Positions 49,701 through 63,195 of a stretch of 64,000 bases of DNA are shown here, in pieces (position 1 is the first letter of the stretch; each line of letters opens with the position of its first letter). The notes under the pieces were generated by a model, which saw only the letters and a list, made by a program, of their open reading frames with translations, did not search any database and had not been told where the DNA came from. The DNA lies in contig OZ320315.1 of NCBI GenBank assembly GCA_976226885.1, forward strand, positions 78,058,001 to 78,122,000, written 5' to 3'. The DNA is from Iphione sp. A-MEVVRFRX5 (Eukaryota). The position numbers and the translations under genes are program-made.

Positions 49701-52700
49701 AGATACACGTATACACAAGCATGGTCGGCATAGCCGCGTCCGGGCCCCAGGACGGCCAGCGCGGCGCGGCGCATAGACCGATGCATTGTTTGCGTGCCAC
49801 TGAGGAGGGTACGACGACCAGATCGAGAGGCCCCAGCTCCAAGTGGCCGTTCTGAAGGACCCAAGGATCAGCAGATAAAGCGTACTGTTGTGTTTGCCAC
49901 CCGAGGAGAGTGTGGAAATAGTAATAGAGACGTGTACGGAACGTGTGACTGAACCTCCAACGTGCAGGACGAATTTCCACCATTGCCTCAGGCAACCACC
50001 CTTCAACAGTCAGGAATATTATGCTTTGTTTTCCGCCACAAAATGGGTTAAGTGCCTTACAAGATACAAGAGGAGGAATTTAGAGACAAAAATGAAACGT
50101 TCTGCTCTTTTAATTATTTTGAGTCTTTCTGGTGACAGTGGCCCATTGTTGCTTGCCAGCACAAGAGTACATTTGTGCGTGTACATGCAACGCAATGGAG
50201 AAAAATATGTTTCACTTTCAAACTCAACATTCCGCAGCTGCGACTACTTTCAAAGCCTCTACCCTTCTTTCCTAGTCGTACAAGTTTATAAAACACGGAC
50301 CCAAGGTGTGGCTGAGGAGAGGCGGCCTCCGTCAGCTCCAGCAGGCTCCTTGTGAGGAGGAGTACATACCGTGTAGTCTGGCTGGCTGCTTATCTCAGGC
50401 GGCGGCAGATGACACCACGTGTTGCTCTCGGTTGCAGATCGCTTCCAATCAGCATCAGCTGTTCGTCTCGCCGTCTGCCCTCAACTCATTTTGCCTGCGG
50501 GCTTTAATCCATCCAATTGATCCACTGTCACCCAGCCTTCCGCCTCCGCCAACTTACTACCCCCCTCAGCCTCCCCCAAACACACTTTTCCCCACCACCC
50601 CACAGCTACCGTCAGAGCTCCTGTCAACGCAGGCCTAACCAGCTTTCAAACCAACTTCTCCCCAGCTCCCTCTCCTATCCTCTCGACACCCAGAGGCAGA
50701 CCGGAGCTGCATCGTAATCAAGGCAGCCATGGTCCGAAAGGTCCCAGGTTGGTCATATTTGTAAATGGCTCTTGGGTGGCCAGCACGGTTGCTATGGATG
50801 TTGCGGTTCAAAGCAAATGCAACTGTATACTCATGAGTCCCCAGTCTCCCACACCGAGCTCTTTGAATATAAGATCTGGTCATGACAAACTGTCCCAGGA
50901 TCTCCGCTAACTGTATAAGGACCTCTCCGCCCTCCTCTAAGTTGCTCTCAGACACAACAGTTAGTCGTTTTGTGTCGCTGTCTGTAGTGTATAGGGATGG
51001 CACATATATAAATTGGAGTTTCTATAGGAATGTATATCCTCAGTGACTTACATTGGGGAATAGCTCCTCCAACTAAAAACGAGGCGCCCGCCAAGGAGGG
51101 CAGTGCGCCTCGGCCACCTTGATTTCATTCTAAATATTTGAGAGGGTTTCTGGTGAGTCATGCGTTGGGCGGGCAGTGCAGAGGAGGGGCGGGGAGGAGT
51201 GGGGGCCGCAGTGCTGGATCCATCATTCTCTGATAGGCACCGCGGACTGGGCCACTTCACTGCCAATCCGGCCCTCACATTAAAACAGCTACCGGCCTGC
51301 AAAGCGCAGGAAGCCTCCGAGCAATTATACCGAAGAATACATCATTAGCAGCAACAGAGAGGTGTTCTGCATTGGAATTTCCCACTTAAATTCAAGTGCA
51401 TGTAACGCGGAAGCCGCTGGCTGCTTTAGGCTGCTTCAATGCCTTAGGGGTGTCTTCCGCAGGCGAATAATCAGGACGATAAGAGTTAGGGCACTTTGGC
51501 CCAATCACATGCTCTGCTTGGATCATGTAGTATGATTGAGGACGCCCGCGCCGACCCTATTAGAGCATTTTGCTCCCATTTTCTTTGTGCTTTTGTTGCC
51601 CAAAGCTGCTTTCACCTCCCTACGCGGTACAGGGCCATATAAAACAGGCCGCCTAACTGCCAGGTTGGACAACGCAATATTTACACAGCTTTTGATCTGT
51701 TCGCAACGTCTAGCGAAGAAACGTAAGGGCCGCCTCTTTGTTCGGCGATTAGGATCCGCCTCCTGCCGCCGTTTCCTTAATAATGAAAGATGCCGGGCTG
51801 AGCAGCTCGCTGATCGCTGACAAGAAGGAGCTGATTGTCACAGAACGTCGGGGGGTTGACGGGGCCGCTCTCGTCGCCTTCCCAGCTACTTTGAGCAGGA
51901 CTGGGACGGGAGGGAGGGCAACCACTGTGTGCAATATGCCTGCCTGCCGTTAGGCGTTGACTGGGAGGCGTTAACTGGGAGCAATGCTTTTCGCATCGAG
52001 CTATCTAACAAGCACCCTGTTCGTATACCACGGCAAGTTACGTTTCCATTGAAATGCTGGAGTGTGTTTGGGGGGGGAGGGGAAGTCTTCTAAGGAGAGA
52101 GTGAGATTGAGGCCAGCCACGTGGATATTTATTTGCTCGGCAATGATTATGGAGGTGGATCAGGACCAATTTGCTCGCCGCGGCCGGACTTGGGAGAGAA
52201 ATGAGCAGCTCCTGAGTCACTCGCTAGGCGGCGCGTCGCGTTGACATTCACATCATGTTGCGGCCAGTGTTTGATCACTAGAGTTGACTGAGGGTCCTGG
52301 CCTAACCACAGTGGTCACCCGAGCTCCCGGGGCACTTATTGACCTGTCGGCAGGGCCCTTGTAGGCACGGGCCCCTCATCCCTACCCCGGACACTGCCGG
52401 ACCTCTCGGAATCCGTCTTTCAATATTGCCCGACTCCCAGATGAAGACCTTGTTTCGGCTGATTTGGCAATCCTGGGCTTGGTCGCCTGGGACAGGCTGA
52501 ATCCCCATGGTCTGCGAGTTTCCTGCGCGTACTTTCACATCGACTACCCACCAATGCCCACTCAATAACGTCTCTGAAGCATTTACAAACAGGGCGAAGT
52601 TTGTGATGTTTTGCAGCGCTATTGTTTTATTTACTCTAACTTTTCAAGTTGAATGATCACGATTTTATTTTGGTGTGCGCCGGGATGGGGGCGTAGTTTG

Positions 52701-55700
52701 ATGGAGGTCCAATACAAATGTGAACTACCAGTGGCCTGGGAGGGATTGTCGGGTTGTCGACCATCGTTGTCCTCCTTCTTGCACGCAGCCCGCGAGTTCC
52801 GTTTCGTTTCATTACCCACGTCGTCCCCAATTTCTAAACACAATCCAGAGTGAAATTCAATTGTCGCCGGGAATGCAAGACATCCCAACGTAGTCGGGGC
52901 ACTTGGGACGTATACAGGATTCGCCAGGGACGGCAGAAGAGGCGATGAGTAAAGAAGTGGGAAAGGGAGGGAGGTGGGAGTCGTGGAGGGCAGGAAGTAG
53001 AAGACAGAGTCGGGTGAAGAGGTGGACGGGCGGGAGGTGATTCACATGGGGTGAGGAGAATTAATTATTAAACCAGCCAGACTCGCAAGGGAGTGGATTG
53101 AGCTGGAATTTGTGTTTAAAGAGAGATCGAGTATATAAAAGAGGAACGAAGTAGTAAGGCACAGCAACGGCAATGCCTGTGTTGATGTATGTACACTGCA
53201 CTGAGGCGGGTATAGAGGAGACGGCGGGTATGTGAAGAGGGTAGGAGGTGGAATGATACACACACAGAGGAGGAAGAGGAGGCGCAGCAGTTAGGAGCAG
53301 GAGGCTCCGCCACATCAGGGCAACCACTCGTCAACACCTCACAACCGACCGTGTGATCGATGGTCGTCTCGGAATTAATAAAATAATTCCTCAAAATCAT
53401 CGGCTCGCACAATAAATCATGGCAAGTGTGAGCAAGAGGTCCATGGCCGTCCCTCGGAATGTGTCGGGCGAGTAGGGAGGCCCTCCCCGCCCATACTCGG
53501 TCCCCTCATGAATATGCAAGACGGGAATCCGTTAGTGTCGATATAGAGATAATGGGGATTGATTATGAAATTCCACAATCAATAGAATGCCTCTCTGTAC
53601 CCAGGGGAGAGTCCATTACTTTCTTGTTGAGATGCTCTGTCTGTTAGACCTGATTATGTGCTGCGCATAGCTTACTCTATTTCTAAATAGAATTATGGAA
53701 AATGTACACGTACATATACACGCTTGTTTGCATATCATACGATTTCTATCGGGAACTGGAGAGCCGAAGGTGATAACGGCAGCACAGTATGCAAAAGCAG
53801 AATTATTGCGGATGATATGTTTCTTCAAACTGAATTCACAGTGTAAATCTTTTGGGGAATAGTTTCCTTTAATGAGAAAAATCCCCATTGTACTATGGAG
53901 CTAAGTGAAAGAGGTTATATTCAACTGCTAGTGTTTTTCAGTGTAGTGAGCATTATACGTACGAAGTTTAGCGCAATCGATCGATTTAAATCCATTACCT
54001 TGGCTGGAATCGATCCTTACTTCCCGAAAACTAAGGGGAATGAGCAACTCTTCCTGCCGGAGAAACTCTATATCACTCGAGCCAACAGTGGACGCTGCAG
54101 GGCCTTTGACCTCAGAGGTCTTGGCGTGTAGGTAGCCTGCTGGGGGTGGGGGTCGTGGTTCAATGCCGGTGCATGCTCAAATTGGCGTGTGCCATACATT
54201 TCCTGTGGGCCGGTTAACTATGGGGGAATGCACTGGTCATGGCGTACAGCTTATGTTCTTATCCGTACGCAGTTTTAAACACAAGTGCTCTGATAAATCG
54301 TCGCCACGGGGCGGGTCTAGGGCTGCCTTCCTCATTGTAACACGCGATGAAAAAAAAACACCCGAGAAAACCGTAGCTCCCACAACGGATGTCTGTAACA
54401 GGCAGCCATGTGAGACTGGATTCTTTGGCATGATAAGAAATATTCCACACGTAAACCGGGGTACATTTCATCAGTCCATTCATCTACTATCATCTTGCAC
54501 CAGCGCATCTTACGTTCGTTAAAAACTGGACCGCGGACTACACGTAGAATAATACGAATAACAGAAATTAAATATCCGTGTCGGGAACGACGGAATAGGG
54601 CAGGAAAGAGCCTCCGTCAGCGAGTAAGTAGTGGCGGGTTAAACCAGTTGTCGGGGCGATCAGTACCCCTATCTTAGTAATTCGCGCATCATGCCCAGCG
54701 GTTCGCCCATCACCACAATATACACAGCTGACAGAGGTGGCGTGACCAATCGGAGGTCTGAAAGGAAAGCCTGCTCTACGTGGGAGTCGGGCGCTTTCAC
54801 GAGGGCCTCCAGGAGGAGGAGAAAGAGATAACGGGAGGAAGGTGCCGAGCCCTCCTTATCACATCCTTGTATCTTGTTCAGGACGTTCTGTCTATTTCGG
54901 TATATGTCACTCCTCGCAGGGCAGATTACGTACTTTTCTCCCCGGTGCTATCCCCACTAGTCAAAACAGACGGCCGCTTCTCGAGCGAGGGCTTTGGAAG
55001 CTGGCTGCAGTGCCAACCTAGAATCTCCCAACTCTCTGTACATCCAGGGTCAGGAAACCCGTCTCAAAGAAAGCACAAACTACAGGTTCATGTGCATGTA
55101 TATACATGTATGCAGTAACTTCTACACACATATATGTATATACATGCACACTGCTTTGGCATGTTGGCATATACATGAGCATACAATGACACTCAATAGG
55201 CCTACATGTAATGGCAACATAGCCCGATTGCATCTTAACTGTCCATTAAACATGTACATGTAATCACAATCAATAAATGCTATTGCATCATATCCCCTTT
55301 ACGTCCAAACTGTCCATTACATTCATATACATGTAAACTGTACGTGGTCTATTTTACTGGTGACATTAGTTTACATGAAAGGATTGTATTTTAAAACTCC
55401 AGTGACTTAATGGTGGAATCTGATCAGTATGAAAACTTGAAACTCATTTGGCGAAACTAACGACTGGAAAGAGTTGTTTACTTGACAAGACGGTTACTAT
55501 GTCTTTTTCAAGCCATAACTTTCCCAGAGACCTCATCTGCTTGAGAATCCATACGTTTGCGGTGTACTCTCTGGCAATGGAGGCCAACAGGTGAGATATC
55601 TCAGGGTTGTTTGATGTGTGAGAACACTGCGCTCTTCCCACCCACCCCCACAAAAAAAACCCTGGAGGCATGCGAAACCATTCCATCTACATGGACTGTC

Positions 55701-58299
55701 TACCCTCACGCTGAGGGACGGTCCGTAGCTGCACAACCCTTTACAAGACGGTCGTGGGTGTTTCGATCTTGAAGTCTTCTTTGGAGAGGAAACTATGACT
55801 GTGAGATGGATGGAGCGCCATCCCCAGGTCCCTGACGGAGGTGCCAGAACTCTCCTGGAGCCATTCAAGTGGTGCTTTAGATGAGAAAAGGGAAAGCACG
55901 AAGGAGAGATTGGGCTGAGAGTGAGAGGTAGAGAGGCTCTACAGGAGGTAAACCATCGAGCCCCTCAGTCATTCCCCCGTTCGCGGCCCTGCACCCTCCC
56001 ACGGCTGAAAGTGATCGTCGCTTGTAGAGTGGGGCCATTAGGACACGTGCCAGGTGAACCGCTGGTATCTGTGGGTTCGGCTTGGCCTGTGCTCATGGCC
56101 GAGTCGACGGCGACCCCGAGGCCCCCGAACGATGGACGGTTCGCCCCGTAGAGCGAAACAGCAGCAGCTGCCGCCGATAAACTCCCCTCACCTGGCACGA
56201 CGTGAATGTCCCCCCGTCTGACATGTTTGACGAGGTTATTTGAAAAACATCGGCATAGGTCGTTTATCAATAAGTGATGTGAGAACGATAGCACCACTGG
56301 GTCTCATATTTGCGTGTTTATCAATAACACAATCTACTCGGTGCGCCAAATGCGGGTATTTTTGAAATGAATGACTCATCTTTTAAAAAAAAAAGTAAAA
56401 ATGTTATTTATGTATTACGAGGTATTGAAACTAAACCCATGGAAAATATGGAGCAGCGATGTATGATCCACAAAATACCATCATTGACACTGAGTAACAT
56501 ATCACTTCACATGAACGCCTACTTCAACTAATACAGCGCTTCCGGACCTGTTCGTCGGATATGACCTTTGAACTTCATCCCCTCTGGCCTCCCGGACGTG
56601 CGGGCACCGAGGCTCAACCGCAAGGTTGGCCCGTCAGTAGGGCCATGTGCATTGGTCACATGATCGTCATAGCGTTCTCAATGGCCACCAAGGGGCATTC
56701 CACATCTGCACTGACTGGAGGGGACTTAGCTGCGATGAAGGCGTCTACACCCGTGGGTAAGGACCAATGTAAACAGGCCTGCAGTCTCCTAGAAGTCATG
56801 ACACGAGGCACGTGGACAGAGAGGCTTTGGCCTGGCTCAAAGATCCTTTGAGGATGTAAAGTCTTTGCCTTGGTATAAACATTTCGTGATCCTTTGGACT
56901 TGTATGTCCCGTTTCCCGTACTTGAACACGTGGCAAGAAATTATTATTACAGTTCCTAAGTCTACCTTCAGATCTAAGAGAGAACGCTTTACTAGAAGCA
57001 GTTGAGCATCAGAAAAACTGGGCCATCGGAAAATAAAACACGACTTTATTGCTGTAGATTATTTGAAGTCTGACGTCTTAAAAGAGATTTACTGCCAACA
57101 AACTGTTATCTCTTTTTTAAAACGTCAATTGATGTAAAAAAAAATCCTTTCAGCGGCAGTACTACTGATGTGAGGCTTGCATTAATTAGTCCCGAATAGT
57201 TAATGTTTATTGTTATGACGATGAGGGTCGGACGTTTAGGCTGTGTCCTGTGCGTCTGACGAATTGTGAGCAGAAGCGAATCGGACAGGTCTCTGCGTCA
57301 CCATGACAACGATACTACTGAGGACGCTGGGGGCTCGTGCACCCAAACTAATAAGGTGGCTGTCCCCGGCCTTCCCCCTTGCATCCACGGAGTCTGCCGC
57401 ATTTCGACCTGGGGTCAAACCTAAGGTCAGCTCTGGGGTCAGAACGCAGAGCAAACTTCAAACACGAAACGAACCGGCCGGTCGAGCGTTTATCATCACA
57501 AAACAGAACGTAATTGATTTAGCTTTGATCCCCTTGTAGGCTGGAGATTACGGGTTAAGGTGAGAAAACATGCAAATATCCGCGCGTGATTCATGCCTGG
57601 TTGCCGTGCCGAATGCTCGTTGGACTCGCAGATATGATCTTCTTGTACGGGATCCAAGGCGCCACACGCACCGACAGGCAGGACGGGTGCGGAAGCGATT
57701 GTAAATGGCCTCCTGTGCGGGCCCAGCCCGGCAAATAAAGAGGCGACAGCTGCTGAGAAAGAGGTCCTAACCAGAACGTGAGCGAGGAGATTAATCCTAA
57801 GGCGACGTGGAACAGGTTCACTTCTATCGAGGGTCGCGTGTGACATCTTCACTTGAGTAGCCTGGAATTCAACTCTGCCATGCGAAATAGTTACATTATA
57901 TAGACTATCGTGTGAATGCCTTCACTATCTTTATAACCTTCGTATACAAATACGTGTAGTAGACGTCTTTATGTATGTAGATCTAAAAAGTACATGCATT
58001 GGTACACATATATACCGTGATGCTAGATGTAAAAAAACACTGTACGTATTCATGTACACATGTACTTTAAACAAAACAAGGTTAACGGGTGCATAATGAG
58101 AGTGGGACAGGAGCCCATTTATTGTTTCATTCATTCAAGTTGTAGAATAGCGTCGAGGTTGAATACTTTAGATGATAACTGATGGTCATCTAAATATATT
58201 TAAATCTTTCTTGTTGAAATGCAGAATGCATTGAATATTCTTTCATATTAGATTATTAAGTTTCGGCAATATTGAATCTGGAAGCGGTGACATCTACAG

Positions 58300-58445
58300 N
58301 NNNNNNNNNNNNNNNNNNNNNNNNNNNNNNNNNNNNNNNNNNNNNNNNNNNNNNNNNNNNNNNNNNNNNNNNNNNNNNNNNNNNNNNNNNNNNNNNNNNN
58401 NNNNNNNNNNNNNNNNNNNNNNNNNNNNNNNNNNNNNNNNNNNNN
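58300..58445. other. Assembly gap (146 N)
   Basis: Run of n characters. Confidence 1.
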
Positions 58446-58825
58446 TGGGAGAAGTCTAACTCTCCAGGGAAGGCGACAAAAAAAACTTGCTTTAAAAAGA
58501 AACTATGAAGATAGGGTAGGCGCAGCAAGAAATCAATAGAGGCAGACAGACATACAGACTAATTGACCACTGATAGAAGCGCAACCATCACAATGGTTAC
58601 CTAAATAAATCTTGTGCAGTATAATATCGGCAATTCTATGGTTTGCCCTTTGCATGCAATTCCATGGGTACTCAAAAAATATACACCAAAGTTTGGCAGG
58701 CTAAAATATGGCAACTTTATCTTTGAAATGCATCTAAGAGCGCCGAATAGGATCAGCTGAAGCATACATACCTCACCGTACGAGTACTTGCCATATCCAG
58801 GGCGATCAACTTAACCATGTGCTCG

Positions 58826-58893
58826 TGGCGCCACCTAACGCCACGAGAGCTAACACCTGTTTCGCTGGAGAGTATCTGCTGCCACCTAGTGTC
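58826..58893. promoter_or_regulatory. Two co-oriented CTCF-like motifs
   Basis: gcgccacctaacg (58828-58840) and ctgccacctagtg (58879-58891) resemble the reverse-complement CTCF consensus (C/G)(T/C)GCCACCTAGTGG. Motif match only. Confidence 0.35.
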
Positions 58894-61800
58894 GTGAACT
58901 TAAAGTGAATAATTCTGCGGACTCGGTGCAACTGGCACGCACTGGGAGAGGAGGGAGGGAGTTAAGAAGGGGGCAGAAACTAGGGCCTGAGTCAAGTCAT
59001 GAGTATTGGCTTGACTCTGGTACACCTGGAAGTGATGATTAATTGGCTTCTTTGCGAATAACAGGATGACATATCACAATAATTACATCGCTGTAGCTGA
59101 TATATTAGCACTAAGTGGAAACTGACAGCCACATCCGAGGCGAGGTCTGCGAATAGAAACATAGACAAGAAGCCATCAACTGTTGACAGACCGATCATGA
59201 AATACACACTTAGTCCTAATTTTAGGAACGGCAACAGATATTTGTATATACATGTAGACATGTGAGGTATGGGGCCATAGAGTTATGTACGGTACGAAAG
59301 CGTGCTGTGACTGATTATTCTCTCAAATCACAGGTAGTACTTATCCACGAGCGAAAATCAATGTGCTCTCCTTTGAAACTAAAATTGAGGCAAGTAGCGA
59401 AAAAACAGAGCAGACAGTCTTGCTAAATAAATAGTTCCAGAAGGAAGCCCTTTGTCGCTATTAATGGCAACAACAATGCTGCTCTCGCTCTGTCTGCTAG
59501 GGGAAATTGTGACATCACAGTTCGCCGTAATAGAATTCATTCATTTCCATTTGTATAGCTCATTGAATCAGCTGTGCCCCCCTAAGGCGCGGTATTATTC
59601 CCTTTAGAGTGGCTAAGGAGCTCTTCCCTTGACTAATGAGTAAATGGTCGGAGACCTAATGAGACGCGCCTTCGACGTGGTTACTAAATTGCCTCAGCGT
59701 CGACCTCTGGTGGACGGATTGTGCATTTCCCTAGTGGATTTGTGACCAGTCCAACACCTTTCCACGCCATACAGAATCCTAATTACAGGAGAGGGACTGA
59801 AAATGTTCCGTCAAGTTTTTCAGTCATTGAGAAGCTGAAGACCTTTCAACCATTACACATGGAAAGAACCCGGATATGATACTTAAAGGTACTTCTACAG
59901 TACATTTCAGAATCCCATTACTGGGGACCGCCTACATAAGCACGTTTCTTTGACTATGTACGTTACTTGACTCTGGTAAAATTCAAGCATATGTACACAT
60001 ATATATATGTATATATATATATATTCTACAGAAAGTGTGTTTCTAGGTGTATGTTTGTAGATCAGTACTCTGGCACTACTGACCAAAGTCCATCCCTGTT
60101 AAGATTTTGACAACAAAAGACAAACCTCCAGCAACGGTGCAGCAATAAGGACTCAATGAACATGAATGTTTTCAGTCTATTGATGGAACATGGTAACAGA
60201 AACATAAACTATGCCCTCAGAGTGTTATGAGACGAAGACAATAAAGGGAAGGCCCGATTTCCATATGTATGTGTCAGTGCGGTGGGCGTCCTTGACTACA
60301 AGTCTGGCCTCCGGCCTCTGGGATCTAGAGTTGAGCATGGTTCAAAATCAAGCACTGCACTTTTTCTCCGAACTCAGGCACACATGAATGAGCAGGATAG
60401 AGAAATTTCCAGAATTCTTTACAGTGAGGAACTAAAAAGCATACAGTTGAAACAGATTTGGGGGAATGTCTATGAATTGGAACAAAAAACACAGCATTAA
60501 CAGATTTTTAGAAAAAAATTTAGTTTACTTGGTCAACTCCGCAGGGCTGAATATGTCTTAATACATGGCAACAGGTATTTGACTACCTCATGTTGGTAAC
60601 TATCCATCTTGCATAAGTGAGTTCAGCTTGTATGGTCTTTATAACAGGATCTTTAGATATAGGTAGGACAATGGTCCTATCCATAAATGTGTAGTAAAGG
60701 ACTTGTTACTTTTTGTGATGATATAAAAGGATGATAGAGTGGAGGTAAATAGGAATGTCAGTGATTGGGATATAAAAGGACTTTTGAGCTATTCCAGGAA
60801 GATAAAGGTTGATTTATGTGCTTTTAGACCAATACAGTGGTAAATACAGTAACTCGGTTGACAGTACATTCAAGACACATCCCAGTTTTCTTTACATGGT
60901 CTCTCGAAAAGAATTCTTTTCAGATTTTTATTGAAATGTTTGACATTCACCCTAACTAAAGATTTTCCATGACTATTCCATAGTGTTATTGCTACGGAAA
61001 ATATCTACAGGCTTCAAAAGTTGGTTTTCCAAGACTGAGGGTTGGAAAGTATAGCCTTGGCAATTGCTTCATTACAATATCTGTTCCTAGCAGTAGGTCC
61101 TTATAAAATGAAAGAAGGTAGTTACTTTTTGCGATAAGAGGAAGAATCTTGAGCTCTAGATATGCAGATAGGAAGCCAATGACTGATTCCCAACGATCAA
61201 TGAAACTGCTCTGAATGTTTGGCTAGTCAGTTTTTTTAAGAGTGGATTATTATGAGCTCCTATAAGACCTATACCATATTCAATTGTTGGGATGAAGAAT
61301 GTTGTAAGAACAGATGAAGCTGTAGCCCTATCAGTAATAATCCTGATATGCCTTTATTTATTTTTCCTATTGCTTTGGTCTAGATTGTTACAACTTCTTC
61401 ATCTACAAAGTCTTTATCTAGTGTATCTATGTTCCCTAGAATAGAGGTCCAATTTAGATTGCAGTCTCTTTGTGCTATACTCTATGAAATATTTGTGCAA
61501 TTTGTCTTCAGATTCCCTTGGACACAAAGTGTTTTCATTTCTATCTTTGAAGGTAATAAGATTGTTTTCTTACAAGGGTTCACTACCTTTTTAATATATC
61601 TCCATTACCTTTAAGGGTCATTTTTAAAACTTTCCATGTTGTTCAAGTGAAATTGTCATTTGTCCTCATTTAAGCTTTGCTGAACCTTGTGATTATATAG
61701 TCACAAATATTTTAGTAGCATTAGGTCACCTTGTTTAATAGAGTTTAGTGACCAGTCGTTTCCTCTATTAGCCTACGTGTCTTGGTGCTAATCTATTTTT

Positions 61801-62186
61801 TCATAGGACAATACTTCTTCGGGTTCTGAAGGATTCTGTCTGTTATGAGTGTCCATAAGTAGTCTGGGTCTTCATTAAGATAGAAACCAAACCAGTCCGA
61901 ACTGTCTAAATCAACTCTCCATCAAGTGCATCATTTGCATTAAGTACGGAGTCTAGCTTTTCTAAGTTGGTGAGGAGGCTACTTGTATTGTATGGTAATC
62001 ACTAAAATATGTTTTAATTATATTCCTAGTGGTAGTTAGACTCTTATCATGTACATGCATGCAGCAATCAATTCTTGGAGTGGGGATGACGTCACAGTCG
62101 GTGATAAGCCTGGTACCCTGAGCCATATACAGGGCAGGGTGTGGAGGTGAAAGACAGTAGACTTTTCTCTTTGAGCTATTGTACTG

Positions 62187-62208
62187 TTTCATTTCATTTC
62201 ATTTCATT
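62187..62208. repeat. (TTTCA)4 repeat, possibly the 3' tail of a nested minus-strand retroposon
   Basis: Lies in the AT-rich stretch interrupting the LINE remnant. The tail interpretation is inference. Confidence 0.6.
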
Positions 62209-62565
62209 GTATCTTTAACCAAGTCCCATAATAATTATTTGGCAATATTTTCAATGCTACTTCTGATATTAGCATAAGCATATATGTAGATCTACCTTTA
62301 GATGAAGTGCCTATCAAAATTATCATTAGTTTTTTTTTCACCAGGTCTTAGAGTGCACATTAGAATATGCAGAAACTCCCTGGTTATCAGCCACTCTTTG
62401 CCTCTGTAGTATTTTTGCTGAATTAATACTTTTACAAAAGGTTTTAATTTAAATGAACAATCTATATATTTTGATTAACAATGGAGCTATGGAATAATCA
62501 TACTAGACCATTTTGTTTCCATTACATTTGTGAGAAATCAACATTGACAGCTGTCTGTTTACACC

Positions 62566-63195
62566 TTACTCGCCATAAGAACCCAGATATCCCACTCGAA
62601 GAATACATGAAAAAGTATTACGGGACTTCCCGGTGGGTCCTTTGATAACTTGCACTAGATCATTATTTAATAGTATATGCTTTAGTTTCCTGGTCTGATG
62701 GCAATCTGCATTTGATATGTTTCCACAATAATCCTCTAGAATAATGATATTGTCAGAACCCTTTTGCCCTGTACAAATGCCTTCAACCAGGTACTGTAGG
62801 AAGTCTTTGAAATTTCCTCTTGATGGTCTGTACATCGCTGCTAACACAACTTTAGAATACGGCCCTATACATGTACCAAGTTGTAGCCAAATGCACTCTG
62901 TGTCTGAGTTATTGGTATTATTAGCAATATTTAAGAAGTCACATTCTAGATTTTCTTTATGGCATACTACTATTCCTTCAGCAATATTGGTCCTGTTTTC
63001 TGTACTTACTTTTCTATCTTGCCTATATTGTAGATACCTTTGACAGACATAATACTACATGTACTTAGAGCTGTACTATCTCATCAGGTCTCAGGAATAA
63101 TCATAATATTAGGCAAATGGCAATTGAATATATATTGAAGTTCTGCTATTTTATTTTTGACACTCCTTATGTTTGGATGGATTACTTTTATACTG
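62566..63195 (-). pseudogene. AP-endonuclease domain pseudogene of the LINE remnant
   Basis: Motifs run NIRSVKNK/IAEL...NIMIIPET** (degenerate ETW), YRQDR, ECIWLQL, AMYRPS, IIILEDY (degenerate GDFN) and LVQVIKGPT. The frame is open 62566-63054 and broken upstream. Confidence 0.85.

Larger units (their letters stand above)
60930..63195 (-). mobile_element. Decayed non-LTR retrotransposon (CR1/L2-group-like) ORF2 remnant
   Basis: Minus-strand translation gives an APE endonuclease (62.5-63.2 kb). It also gives linker motifs DWFGFYLNEDPDYLW and FKNDP..WRYIK (61.6-61.9 kb) and a C-terminal segment RHIRIITDRATASSVLTTFFIPTIEYG...LKKLTSQTFRAVSLI...ITLWNS (60.9-61.35 kb). Many stops and frameshifts; boundaries approximate. 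Confidence 0.8.

Noticed and set aside
58256-58528. ORFs spanning the N run
   Set aside because: Artefacts of the assembly gap.
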